Under the pieces are notes generated by a model that ran no database searches, was not told the origin of the DNA, and saw only the letters and a program-made list of their open reading frames with translations. Shown here piece after piece: positions 1-13,029 of a stretch of 64,000 nt of DNA (its first letter is position 1; each line of letters starts with the position of its first letter). The stretch spans positions 112,964,001 through 113,028,000 of the forward strand of contig OX597822.1 in the NCBI GenBank assembly GCA_951406725.2, written 5' to 3'. A program made the translations under genes and the position numbers. Source of the DNA: Octopus vulgaris (Eukaryota).

Positions 1-381
1 CAGTTTTGATTTATTTGCATATTATATTTGAAATTTTTTACTTATATCTCTTTATCTTTTTACTTTTACTATTACTGTATATCTCATTTCATTTTATATA
101 TTGCCTTTACTCATATGTAATGGTGTATTAAAGTATGGATTGAGTATCATCGGATAGTTGATGTTTTACTGATTTAAGTATGTTTCTCCATTCTCTAATT
201 TTGTAGTATTAATTTACGGTAATATTATTACCTTTACCCATTTAATACAATAGATGAACTGATTGCTTGACAATTTTTAACATCTATGTATTAATTTTGT
301 TGGGTACCTATCTAGCAGTATATTGGATATATATTATCCCATGGTGGGTTGAATTTTCAACCCCTATCTCATTTTATAACC

Positions 382-469
<88 letters not shown>

Positions 470-474
470 TATAT

Positions 475-767
475 GTGGAGGTTAGGGCAGAAGCCTCGAG
501 GTCGCAGGATCGCGGTTTCGATTCCCAGACCGAGCGTTGTGAGTATTTATTGAGCAAAAACACCTAAAAGCTCCGTGAGTCTCCGATAGGAGGGGGGCAT
601 CCCTGCTGTACTCTTTCTCCACAACTTTCTCTCACTCTTTCTTCTGTTGGCCTGCTCGCTTAGCCAGCGGGGTGGCGTCATTTAAAGGCTAAAACAATGC
701 GAAGCGCATTGCGACAAGCGATGTGTAGCAACATCTGATAGCCTGGTCGGTCACGGTGATCACGGTG

Positions 768-768
<1 letters not shown>
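475..768 (+). mobile_element. tRNA-derived SINE (family A)
   Basis: B-box GGTTTCGATTCCC; body closely matches 46117-46416; ends in (CACGGTGAT)2 followed by (TA)n. Confidence 0.85.
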
Positions 769-844
<76 letters not shown>

Positions 845-1344
845 TAAAGTTTCACCTCAGAGCTGCGGCCATGCTGATGCACCGTTATTACTAGGAGCCT
901 CCTCTAATATGTGGCAATTGATGAAGAATGGAGTTTGATATAGCTACCCTCATTTGCACCTCTTGCCGTGAGGTGGGCTCATCTGGGACTCTCGACAGGA
1001 AGAGGTCCAGCTTTGATTTAAAAACCCCTACATCTCCTTTGTGCAAGTACCTCAGACTCTTTGGGAGAATGTTAAAAAGCTGTGGGCCCTTGAAACCCAG
1101 GGTGTTGCAGTAACTGGTTCTGAAGCGTGTTGGCATTGCTGGGATCTTTGGCACCATGCAGTGTCGTCTCGTTCTGCCCTTGGTGTAGCTTACATTGCCA
1201 AAATTTGGCACAATTCCACCCAGGATCTTCCAGATATATATTACTGCATACCTCGCCCGTCTTCTCTCCAGGGAGTACAGGCTTAGCTGTTTCAACCTTT
1301 CCCAGTAGCTGAGCTGTTGCAAAGAGACGATCTTCTTTGTGAAT
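845..1344 (-). mobile_element. 3' end of a CR1/Jockey-group LINE (ORF2 C-terminus + short 3' tail)
   Basis: LSYWERLKQLSLYSLERRRARY...GPQLFNILP...FKSKLDLFL is a typical CR1-group ORF2 C-terminus; the stop is followed by a short tail abutting (TA)n. Confidence 0.85.
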
Positions 1345-1418
1345 CTGAGCGTCCAATAATACTATATTTATTGCACGTCCTCGCGTTGTTGTGTTTTTTT
1401 GTGCTCTTATGTTTGGAT

Positions 1419-1575
<157 letters not shown>

Positions 1576-1633
1576 TATACATATATATATATACATATAC
1601 ATATACATATATATATATAATATATATTTATAC

Positions 1634-1671
<38 letters not shown>

Positions 1672-1675
<4 letters not shown>

Positions 1676-3622
1676 TAAATTAGAGATAAAACCACTACTA
1701 GGCAAATCAAACAGTGAAAAACATAAAGCAAGACATAGAAATAAAATTAATTAATATAAAATACAAAATATATAAAATATAAAATTCAAAATTTAAATCC
1801 ATAGAAATATGTTACAAAAAGAAAATAGAAACTACACGTGGAAATGTAAGGGAAAAGTAAGAAGAAAAATAAGCGAAAATGCACGTTGGAAATTAAAAAA
1901 TTAAAGGCTTTTTATGAAAACTAACGATAGATATATACAATTAGCAAAACTGAGGTAGGAATAAAAGTAATAAAATTCATTATTGTGAATTGTTAAAGGG
2001 ATTCAAAAGCATACCGGTTTCGTGAGTATATTAATAATTGCTTTGAATTCACACCGATTTATGAACTGTGTCAAGTCTGCTACGATTATGTGTAAGGGAG
2101 GTATGTAGTTCTGGATTTGGTGCAATTAGGGTAGATATAATGTAATGTGAATGATGTATGGAATGAATGGGGGTTAGTGGTATTAATTAAAAGGTTAGTA
2201 GTGTTCTGTATTATGTTATGTATTCATATTGAGTTGGGGAAGATATTTATTGATGTAAGTTGCCTCTTTATTCATTCTTTGTTGTACTGAGGTGTTCTGT
2301 GAACATTGTTAGAAGGGGAAAATTAGGAAATTACGATTAAGATTGCTAGCACACCTTTCTATGTGTTTACTAACCTGTATCTGTCTGTTTTGTGGGTGTC
2401 GGATTTGTTCTTTCTGGCGAGTGATTCTTCGACGGAGTGATATTCCTGTTTGACCAATATAATTATTACCACACCCTAAGCATGTAATGGCATAGATTAG
2501 ATTTTCTGAGGTAAAGGTGAAATTTGACTTGATCTTGTTTAAAGTGGAATTCTGAACCCTCCAAAAGGTGGGAGCATGTACCACAGTTAGGTCGACCACA
2601 TTTTTCTCTTTTGGTTCTGTTGTTAATGGATATAGTCTTGGGCTGCTTAATATTTTTTCAATGATTGAAGTTGCATTTTGCTCTTGATAATTTTGTGTGA
2701 GCCTAAAATTTTGTTCATTGTTTATCTCCTGTGAGGATGGAAAGATTTTGGATGATAATGTTGAAGGCTTCGTTGTTTCTAGGGTAGCGTGTGGAGATTA
2801 TTGGGAGTATTTTTAAGTCTGGTTTGGTATTTCGGTTGACTTCCCTTAATGTTCGCATATCTATTTCCATAGCTCGTTTAATGCCATCATTTATTAATGA
2901 TATTGGGTAATGTCTTTTGATTAGTATTGATCTGAGTTCAAGGAGTCTTCGTTCACGAATATTGGTGTCCGAAACTATGGTACAGATTCTTTTCGCTAGA
3001 TTATAAGGTATATTAATTTTTATGTGTTTGGGGTGGCATGAGTTGAATAATAGGTATTGTTTAGAATCTGTTGGTTTATAGAAAATGTCCATTTCGATGT
3101 GGTTATTGACTATTTCAATTAGGATGTCAAGAAAAGGGAATTGTTTATTGCTGTGCTCCATGGTGAATTGCATGTTGCTATTAATATTGTTAAGCATTAT
3201 TTTGAAATCGAGGAGTTTGTCCATGCTGTCTTTCCAAAGTATGAAGCAATCGTCCAAATATCTCTTCCAGTTCCCCATAAATAGCAATGAAATGAGGTGC
3301 CATACTTTTGTAGTGATGATTAATATATTTTAAGCTCTAGGTAACCCATTACAAGGTTCGCAATCACTGGAGTAGCTCGGGTTCCCATTGCAATTCCCCA
3401 TTTTTGTCGATAGTAAATTGTATCGAACATGAAATCGTTGTTCAGTAGGATGAATTTGAGTGCTTCGATTATGAATCTGTGGTTAATACGTCCTGGGATC
3501 TCTTCTGGGTATTTTTCTGGCCAGAAGGTGATCGCTTCTATACCATAATCGTGTGGGATATTGGTGTACAAATTCACTACATCGAATGATACTAGCCGGG
3601 TTCCTTCATTTAATGTCTCCAT
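1672..3622 (-). mobile_element. Penelope-like retroelement, 5'-truncated and frameshifted (RT, Cys-rich linker, C-terminal GIY-YIG, 3' UTR)
   Basis: RT motifs SFDVVNLYTNIPH, GIAMGT, RYLDDCF, PFLDI; linker KCGRPNCGTC (alternative frame near 2600-2570); GIY-YIG NLIYAITCLGCGNNYIGQTG; 3' end abuts (TA)n. Confidence 0.92.
2001..2049 (-). ncRNA. Decayed type-I hammerhead motif in the Penelope 3' region
   Basis: ATTCAAAGCA-[ATTATTA in place of CTGATGA]-ATATACTCAC-GAAA-CCGG-TA-TGCTTTTGAAT. Stem I, GAAA, palindromic stem III and UH site are retained; the core is eroded. Confidence 0.55.
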
Positions 3623-4662
3623 ACTCCATATATAAAGATTTCCAGACCAATTGATCTCAAATTGCAACCGATGGTTGCAGGAACAGCGTCCAGCACCTAA
3701 ATATTAAGCAGCCTGCTGGATATAATTTTAAAACCTCTATTCATAGTAGTTCTTAGTTTCATCAGAATAGACTTTACCCAGAACGGGTAAAGAGATAGTA
3801 CTAGTTGGCTTTGACTTAACTAGTCTCTACACAAATATTCCCCATATATATGGACTAAAAGCGGTAACATTCTGGATAAACAAACATCCACAAAGAATTT
3901 GGGAGAGATTCTCAAAAGAATTTATACCTGAAGGTTTACAGATAGTATTGGAACACAACTATTTCGTCTTTGATAACTAATATCATCTAAAAATACTAGG
4001 CACTGCGATGGTGACGAAAGTCGCACCGTCATTTGCCACACTAGTAATGGGATACCTAGAAGAAAAAAGTCTACGCCCTATTCAGAACTACTTTTGACCA
4101 CCACTTCCAAAACTACCTTATAGGAAACTGGAAAAGATTCTTAGATGACTGCTTTAAATTTTGGAACTGAAGTAAGGAGGACTTACAAAATTTCTCAAAT
4201 TAACAAATAAAATTCATGTCTCAATCCAATTCACTATGGGAATAAACGAAAAGGAACTCCCCTTTCTGGAATCCTGATAATTAAAGAAAATGAGATAGTT
4301 ACAACTTACCTCTACTACAAGAACACAAGCACAAACCAATATTTAGATTTTAGATCTTGCCACCATTCCCATACAAAACGAAACATACCATCTAATATGG
4401 TAGGGCGCATATGCTCAATAGTCACAGATACTGTTAGACAAGAGAAACGACTGGCAGAACTTAATATATTCCTCCAGAAACAAAATATCCCAACAAGTTA
4501 ATTCAAGATGCTATAACAAAAGCAAAGGAAATCCCGATCTCTACCTTACGGGGAAACACTCAGGCTAGGTGTGAAAATACAAATACAAATACTCCGTTTG
4601 TAGTCACCCACAATCCTAGAAACCACAACATCCTGCACTCAGTCAAAAGATACCACCCAATT
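3623..4662 (+). mobile_element. Second, divergent Penelope-like RT fragment (pseudogenised)
   Basis: By-eye translation across stops and frameshifts gives GFDLTSLYTNIPH, GTAMVTKVAP, RFLDDCF, FRSCHHSHTKRNIP, THNPRN; ends at a (TA)n run. Confidence 0.85.
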
Positions 4663-4899
4663 ATATATATATATATATATAAGTAATGAGTATAAGCTTG
4701 TTGGTTATCGAGGAATTTCTTTAACTAATCTTGTTTATACAAATTTATACGCTTATGATAAGCAGTTTACAGAGCATATATATTTGTGTGTTTGTGTATC
4801 TACAGGTACTGCAACTTTTGTAGCAGCTGTTGGAGAAACACACATACTTACTTACATATACATGAAAACTCACGTGTGTGTTACTCTGTATGTTTATAT

Positions 4900-4941
<42 letters not shown>

Positions 4942-5113
4942 CCAGGGAAGGCTGAAATCCCGTAGTCTGGTAGTCTCGGCAGTGGCGGTGGCAAATGATT
5001 TATCTCCCCGCTGCGATGTGTACAAGAGTGGCCTCGTGCAAAATAATGTGGAATAAAATAGTACTCGAATACTGAAGGTAGAGTAATATAAAGCTGCAAC
5101 GACATCACAAAAG

Positions 5114-5153
5114 AACTGTTACTCAGTTTCACGTTTCTGTTCGTGGGACAGTT
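5114..5153 (-). ncRNA. Hammerhead-like motif, CCGAYGA family (decayed copy)
   Basis: AACTGT-CCCACGA-ACAGAAACGT-GAAA-CTGAG-TA-ACAGTT; motif and flank are homologous to 46941 and 53106. Confidence 0.55.
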
Positions 5154-7138
5154 GTGATCAAGATCGGAATAAAATAATTTTTTATACAAGGTGGAACGAA
5201 ATCCAAATCACAACAATTGTTTTGTGCATTTGCATCAGTTGTTTGTTACTGGATGCTTCTCATATATATTATTATATAAATATGATCCAGAAATAGCTGT
5301 GCACCTGCACGTCGTCAGGTGAGTGGCTTGGAAACATTTATGTCCTACATAAGACAACGATCTGGCAAAATCATTAGGACACCAGACAAATTGCTTAGCA
5401 GCATTTCGTCAGCCTTTGTGTTGTTTTAAAATTCCATCGAAGTCGACCTTGCCGTTCATGCGTTAAGAATCGAGGAAAAAAGTATATGTTGAGCATTTGA
5501 ATCCATTTAATCGACTTACCACTCAAGTGAACTTGTTGGTGTAATGTGAAAATTTGTAACCAATATTTACATCTTACTTAAAACATGGATGTATTATTAG
5601 AACACCGCATTACTGCAGTATTCACTTTGAGAGAGCCTCTCATGTGCAATACTAAAAGCACAGACGGGTCGTTAGCAAACGCGAATCATTTAGTATACTT
5701 TGCGATATCAATGACTGATCAGTCACTGTTTTTCTATGGAATGTTGGCGTTGAAATTTGGCTGCCGCACTGCGAACATAACGTGCTACCGATTAAGCATA
5801 TGCACATAAAATTACGTGATTTTGTTGTTTCGCTGTCTATGCTGTGGCGAATATTGGAAAGGTGTATATATAAGAAAGAAATTTGTTCGAGAGGGGCTTT
5901 TAAAAATGGAAACGAAAGAACTTTTATTTAAAAGAATGCGATCCGAGAGAACAAATTACTAGTGAACTTCGATTAAATCAAGAAATTAGAAAAAAGAAAT
6001 GAAAGTTGTTCAATCGAGATTTCTGAAACAGGCGTGTTAAGATCGATATAGGGGCATTCGTGTAGGTGGTAGTCTAAGAAACTAGCTGAATATTATTGTT
6101 TAGATGGATTATAAAGGAAATTAATATATGGTTGAAGAGATCGGAAAAGGAATGGATTTGGTGTTGGTAAGAGAAAGAGATAAGCTGAAAATGAAAGAGT
6201 ATCACAGAAAGCGAAGAAAGTGTGCGAATAAGAGGCATTTAAATCGAAAAGAGAATTGTGCAGCTGGTGTAGACAGGCGAGCCATACAGACAATGTCGGT
6301 CTTCGACCGGAGAAGTAGGCAGGCGAAGGCATTCACTTGTGCAGCTAATACGTAATGCTAAAACAGCCGTGTTTGACATACAGTTGGGGAGTTGGCTGGG
6401 AGACAAGAAGCGAGAGAAAGATTTTAGAGAAGATTTCACTGAAATGAATGGTTTCAAAGAAAATTAATCAGAATATAGTGTCATTTACATACATAGGGGT
6501 TTTACATACAGTAAACAACATAATCACACAACTATGCATATATATGTGTGTGCGTGTACTCGTTTATGTATATATGTGTATATATGTGTTTATTAATATC
6601 CATACGCACACACATGTATTTAATACATACACAACTGTGAATATACATATGCATACGAACAAATACCTACATACATATATACACACTCACACAAAGATAC
6701 ACATATGTGTATGTGTGTATGTATGTGTGTGTATATGTGTGTGTGTAAACAATTTTAGGAGTCCGCACATACAAACATTTATACACATTTATACATAAAT
6801 ACATACATACAAACTGACATATGTGTGTTTATCTATACACGTAATATATACATAATATACATATAATATATACACATAAATATATGTATATAACCGGGCA
6901 CAGACATGGCTGTGTGGTAAGCAGCTTGCTTCCCAACTACATGATTCCAGGTTCGGTTTCGCTGCATGGCACCTTGGGTAAGTGGTTTCTACCATATTTT
7001 CGGGATCATCAAAACCTTGTTAAATAGATAGACAGAAACGGATGGCGTGTGTATGTTTGTCCCTCACTACCACTTGGTGTGTTTAAACCCCCGTAACTTA
7101 GCGATTCAGCAGAAATGATGGATAGAATACGTACAATA

Positions 7139-7205
<67 letters not shown>

Positions 7206-7272
7206 GGTCCCGGGTTGATTCGGAGTTAACCACAGTAAGTAAGGTACTCAATACATAGCAGAGTAAAATTAA

Positions 7273-7395
7273 TTTATTATATAGAAGGAGTTTACAGATA
7301 GTACTGTTTCATTCAAGAGAAATCTTCAGGAAGCTTCCTGAAGATTTCTCTTGAATGAAACAGTACTAGTCCTGTAGAAGCTCCTTCTATATAAT

Positions 7396-7398
<3 letters not shown>
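7273..7398. repeat. Fold-back palindrome (perfect 35-bp arms at 7299-7368 plus outer 18-bp arms)
   Basis: Centre AAGCTT at 7331-7336; each arm reads CTGAAGA-TTTCTCTTGAAT-GAAA-CAGTACTA outward. Confidence 0.9.
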
Positions 7399-7490
<92 letters not shown>

Positions 7491-7499
7491 GTATATATA

Positions 7500-7727
7500 A
7501 CGGGAAGCTTTATGAAAATAGACAAAAGACGAAGGCAGGTGGAAAATAAACGAACAATTGTATTAGTATGGCGCTCAGGAAATATAAATAAAACAAGTCT
7601 TTAACGTTTCGAGCCTACGCTCTTCAACAGAAAGATACACAGAGAGAAAAAAAAACACAGAAAGAAGGAGAGAAAAAAAATGCGTGCAGTAGCTAACGAA
7701 TCAACATGGCGATCTACATGGCGATCA
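7500..7727 (-). mobile_element. Short hammerhead-bearing element (family H1; motif at 7598-7635)
   Basis: TCTTT-CTGTTGA-A-GAGC-GTAG-GCTC-GAAA-CG-TT-AAAGA; homologous to 32641-32829, 38372-38590 and 57103-57228. Confidence 0.75.
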
Positions 7728-7892
7728 TGTATATATATATGTATATATATATAAAATGCTAGGGAAAACGTTTTTGTCGAATGAATCGACTCCAGAAGTT
7801 ACTCTTTTTAAAGACTGATACTTATTCTATCCATCATTTCTGCTGAATCGCTAAGTTACGGGGATGTAAACACACCAAGTGCTAGTGAGGGA

Positions 7893-7972
<80 letters not shown>

Positions 7973-7973
<1 letters not shown>

Positions 7974-8927
7974 TGGGTTGTCCGGAAAGTTCGCGCCGAT
8001 CTATAGTAGCTTAGCATTCGACTTATTTTAGAACATGGTTGAGTCCATATAATAGGATTTTACTACACCTCCATTTAGAGCACAGTTTAAGCTATCTTTT
8101 CGTGGAAGAAAGTTTATGTTCCTATAACCTGTGTTAATTCTGTAACCCTTTAAAATGGAAGATAAGAAAGTTCATTTTCGCCTCTTGATGCTTTTCTTTT
8201 TCTGTAAAAGGAAAAAAATGCCTCACAAGCAACCAAAGAAAGATGCACAGTTTATGGTGATGTTTCTTTATCCGAAAGAACTGTACGGAAGTGGTTCCCA
8301 GGGTTCCGAGCTAGAGATTGTAGCCTTATTAATAAAGAGTAATCAGGCAGACCATCCACAACATATGATGACCAAATCAAGTCATTAATTGTGAATAACC
8401 CACATTGCTCAACCCGAGAATTGGCAGAAAGCCTCAACCTATCAAAATCCGTTGTTCATGAACACCTGGTAAAGCTTAGGTACACAAATCGCTATGATGT
8501 TTGGGTACCACATGAGTTGAGTAAGAAGAACCTTTTGGATCGCATTTCCATCTGTGATTCGCTTCACAAACGGTATGAAAACGTGCCTTTTTTAAAGCAA
8601 ATTATGGCAGGTGATGAGAAGTGGATTATCTACCTCAATGTTCAGAGAAAGTGATCCTGGAGTAAGCGACATGAGCCACCCTTAGCCACTCCAAAAGCGG
8701 ATCTTCGCCCTAAAAAAGTCTTGCTTTGTGTCTGATGGGACTGGAAAGGAATTCTGTACTATGAGCTTCTCCCAAGTAACCAGACAATTCTGAGAAATAC
8801 TGCACACAACTGGACGAGTTAAAAGCAACAATTCAAGAGAATCGTCCAGAATTGGCCAACAGGAAGGGTGTTGTTTTCCAACATGACCGCACGTTTCTTT
8901 GGGAACCAGAAAAAAAAATTGCTGCAT
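7973..8927 (+). mobile_element. Mariner transposon, 3'-truncated pseudogene
   Basis: TA followed by TIR TTGGGTTGTCCGGAAAGTTCG; MEDKKVHFR..., WVPHEL, GDEKWI motifs with frameshifts and stops. Confidence 0.92.
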
Positions 8928-8977
8928 ATGTTATGTGACAAAATGAATATAGAATTTAATACTTACTTTATATCATA

Positions 8978-9360
8978 CTAGCAGTATCGCCCGGCGTTGC
9001 TCGGGTTTGTAAGGGAAATAACTATATAAGCAGTTTTAGAGATGTAAAATATAATAGCCATCTCAAAGGGGGGTGTTACTGTAGCTTTTTACGTTCGGAG
9101 ATTTAATAATACATTTTTAGAGAGTTACTTCCCTTATATATTAGCAAAAATGTGCATTAAAAATGGGAAAAAATGATGGTAAATTTCTTTTTAAATCGTA
9201 GACTCATCGTAGATGCGCGCTAATACCCAGACGGGCTCGATATGAATCAGGACTATAAGATACCCGGTTTTGGTTAAACTGCACCGCAAAATGTGGGAGT
9301 AGTTAGGAATCTAAATCGTAGGAGACAGACAGCACACAACCTCACTTTTATATATAAAGA
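8978..9360 (-). mobile_element. Complete non-autonomous Helitron
   Basis: 5' TC, subterminal hairpin CCCGAGCAACGCCGGG, 3' CTAG, inserted between A and T with no TSD. Confidence 0.88.
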
Positions 9361-10102
9361 TTTTAGCTAATTGTCAATTTCGTATATATCCACATCATCT
9401 TAGTTCACTCTTTCCTTTTTGAAGTTCTATCTACTCCTGTAACTAAGATGGCGAGACCTATCCACTACATCTTTAATAAGTTTAGCGTTCGGCTCCCAAG
9501 AAATGCATGATGCTCCCCTTCTTGTAATTGCTTGTTTAGCGAGAAGACGATCGGTGATCGTTTCGGCCTTCAACCTATTAGTGAACTTTGTCTTGGTGCA
9601 ATTTACTTGGGAAAACATGCGTTCCACGGACGCTGATGAATGAGGTAACACAGTTAAATTAGTCATGAATTATGATAGCCTCTCAAATTTAGAGTAGTGA
9701 AGCCCGTCTTTAAGATTACGTATGGTATATCAGAATTCAAGGAGGCTATTTGAGAAAACAGGTATATCTTTGTATTGCCGAAATAATTTCCACTCATCGT
9801 CTAGTTCATCAAGTGTGTTTTCTGGTGCAAATTGCTGGGAAGTTTGATGCCAAAGGAATTATTGACTGAGGAGAGTTAGTGGATCGCGCGCTACTTTTGG
9901 ATCAAGTATTTCTAAGAGGGAAAACACTCCAGCTTCATCGAGAGGAAAGCACATTTTTATTTGAGAGCAGAATTCTATTAAAAAATTTTTGCAATCAGTT
10001 TTTGAATCTAGCTGAGTCACCAACGATGGGGTTTTGCTCTAGATGTCTCATTGCGCGTCCACCAAAGTAAATATCACTCATATCTTTGTGATTTGTTGTG
10101 TT

Positions 10103-10297
10103 CATCATCATCATCGTTTAACATCCGCTTTCCATGCTAGCATGGGTTGGACGATTTGACTGAGGTCTGGCGAACCAGATGACTGCACCAGGCTCCAATC
10201 TTGATCTGGCAGAGTTTCTACAGCTGGATGCCCTTCCTAACGCCAACCACTCCGAGAGTGAAGTGGGTGCTTTTACGTGCCACCGGTACGAGGGCCA
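10103..10297 (-). mobile_element. SINE/RTE-type 3' fragment with (GAT)n tail inserted in the hAT element
   Basis: Homologous to 20007-20155; tail GCGGATGTTAAACGATGATGATG. Confidence 0.7.
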
Positions 10298-11249
10298 TAA
10301 GATCAATATCCTCTTTTATAAAGCAACCAAGGATATTTTTATATTCACTGGATTCGAGTGCATGCAACAGATGCAGTCGAAAGTGTTCCGAATGAAACTC
10401 GACATTAAGAGTGTTTACTTACGTTAATATAAAATGTAAAAAGAGCAGCATCTGCTTCGTCCCTTTGTTAATCATTGTTTCATAGATTCATTTTGCTCCG
10501 TCCACTGTTTCTACTTTAGCCTCAGATTCAAAATAAAGTACAAGGGCATCCCACTGTTCTATTATAACGTTAATTACTTTTTCACTCGACAACTATCTAG
10601 TTTGCAAAAGCTTTGGAATATTGTTTTCCTTTGTGCCAACAGCACTTTGTATCATATTGAAGTCAATTTGACGTTTGCCACTTCGAGAAAAGTTAAGTCC
10701 TTTAAAAAAGGGCTCGAGATACGAAGGTAACACCCTCACTGCATGACTTGAACAAAGCGCAAACGAATGGCAAACACAGCCTGTTGTAAATACAGTCGGA
10801 ATATCATTTCTCATTAACTTTTGAAACCTGCCCTTGTTACCCGTCAATGTTGAGTAATTAACACAGGCAAATCCAAGTATGCTGCTTATAGTTGCATCTT
10901 CTTTTGTAAGCGTAGACTTGACAGCATCGTTCAAACCCTGAGACGAACCATTTACAATTGCATCCAGAAGATTGTTCATCAAAAAGAACGAACAACTATT
11001 GCTAAGATTTGTGTCCGTACTCTCATCTATCAATACTGAAAACTTTTGTTTCTTGAGAATTTCCGAGATTTCGTTTCGTTCATAAGGTGCAATTCCGTCT
11101 TGCATAATGTATGTTTTGTTTTTTTAATTTGTAGATTTTTAGCTATTTCACTATCGGGAAAGCTTTTTCACAAATTTCATTCAAGTGATTTATATAACCT
11201 GTTAGTAGCAAGTCTGCTTTAGCTACTCTTTCCATTTACACGCATTTTC

Positions 11250-11634
11250 TCTTTTTACTCTTTTACTTGTTTCAGTCATTTGACTGCGGCCATGCTGGAG
11301 CACCGCCTTTAGTCGAGCAGATCGACCCCGGGACTTATTATTCTTTGTAAGCCCAGTTTTATTCTATCGGTCTCTTTTGCCGAATCGCAAAGTAACGGGG
11401 ACGTAAACACACCAGGGGGACAAACACAGACACACAAAGACATACACACTTATATATATATACATATATACGACAGGCTTCTTTCAGTTTCCGTCTACCA
11501 AATCCACTCACAAGGCATTGGTCGGCCCGGGGCTAGAGCAGAAGACACTTGCCCAAGATGCCACGCAGTGGGACTGAACCCGGAACCATGTGGTTGGTTA
11601 GCAAGCTACTTACCACACAGCCACTCCTGCGCCT
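11250..11634 (-). mobile_element. tRNA-derived SINE family B (dominant family), full length
   Basis: Head AGGCGCAGGAGTGGCTGTGTGG...GGTTCAGTCCC, CORE-like CTTGGGCAAGTGTCTT segment, internal microsatellite, tail (GTAAAAGA)n. Confidence 0.9.
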
Positions 11635-12532
11635 ATGTATGTATATTTAATGTATTATTTTAAACAATAAACGAATTTAATTTAATCGCAGATTTCGCAC
11701 AATCAAAATCTTTCTTGTGTTTGGTGGTGTTTTTATGAGCTAACAGCATTGATTTGTTAACATTTTTCAACACAACGTTGCAACAAACGCAGTAGGAGGT
11801 ATCAGGATTTCTATCATCTTGTGGTACCGAATCTTTAAGCTAAGCATCTTCCAGCCGCGACGTCTTGGAATTTCGGGTGTACCACTTCCACTTTTTTGAC
11901 ACACTATTGTCTGTCATTACTTCGCAAAGGGTTACATAACAAAAACACTCAAAATGTTATTAAACAAATTTTAAATCGCGAGTAACAATCGAAGCGTACA
12001 CCATCAACACAGTCAAGTTGTCAACTGGCGGTGTCAGAGATTCAGACAAGTCTACAAGCGGTCACCAACGCGTTGTAACTTGTAGTTGCCCGATATGATA
12101 CAAGTATAAACAAATAATGAACGTGTACGATCGGTAATTACGTCACATACAATATTTGTATCGATAAATTCATTAGGTGAGATGATTATGGCTGATATAT
12201 AGAAAGTTTACCAAGTATGAGAAGAGCTGCAACTTCGGTACATATTGCATACAAAGAGTATGGCACCGAATTCTTCTTAAAATATAAATTTGCAGCCAAA
12301 ACTAACTTAAAAACCTAGATTTAATGTAAATTTGGAAATTAAAACCCATAAACCCATCATTGCTCCCAAAAACCCAGATCTGGGTAGAAAAACCCATCAG
12401 TGGCATCCCTGATTGCTTCAAGTGGCTTCAAGCGATGGAAGCCTGGACTACAATGGGTTTATCCCACAGAGAACTCGTCCGGTTATTTTTGGATACTCCT
12501 CGTATTTATATGTATATATGTATATATGTATA

Positions 12533-12574
<42 letters not shown>

Positions 12575-12577
<3 letters not shown>

Positions 12578-12692
12578 TAATATATGTGTATATTAGAATT
12601 TTCTCTGACTTCTCAGATTTTTTGTATGCTGGATTACTGGTTTTAAATTGATATTAAAATTAATATTAATTTATCTCCTCATTATTTAAATA
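12575..12692 (+). mobile_element. 5'-truncated copy of the 3' end of the 49655-50262 hammerhead element, with a short inverted 5' segment
   Basis: 12591-12692 is nearly identical to 50161-50262; 12575-12592 is the reverse complement of 50151-50168. Confidence 0.8.
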
Positions 12693-12731
12693 TATATATA
12701 TATATAACAAAGTGGAGTTGTGGGGTATATG

Positions 12732-12794
<63 letters not shown>

Positions 12795-13029
12795 GTAAGT
12801 ATGTATATATATATATGTGTGTATGTGTATGTGTGTGTGTGTGTGTGCGTGTGTTTTGTCCTCTGATAATGGCGGTTCGATGAATGAAGCTGCTACAATA
12901 ATTACCAGGCATTAAAAGAATATAACTACTGTGGTCGTTTAGAGACTGAAGTTTTTCAAGGTCGTGCATGCCCCCAATCTAACGACTGAAACCAGGACAA
13001 CAGAAATGAATAAAAGAATAGAATAACTA

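Larger units (their letters stand above)
9361..12411 (-). mobile_element. hAT DNA transposon remnant (BED-type Zn finger, DDE core, dimerisation domain) carrying two SINE insertions
   Basis: TIR CAGGGATGCCA at 12411; ATG near 11917 followed by YCVCCNVV...HKNTTKH; FSVLIDESTD, CVCHSFALC, LPHSSASVERMFS; multiple stops and frameshifts; the other TIR was not found. Confidence 0.88.
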
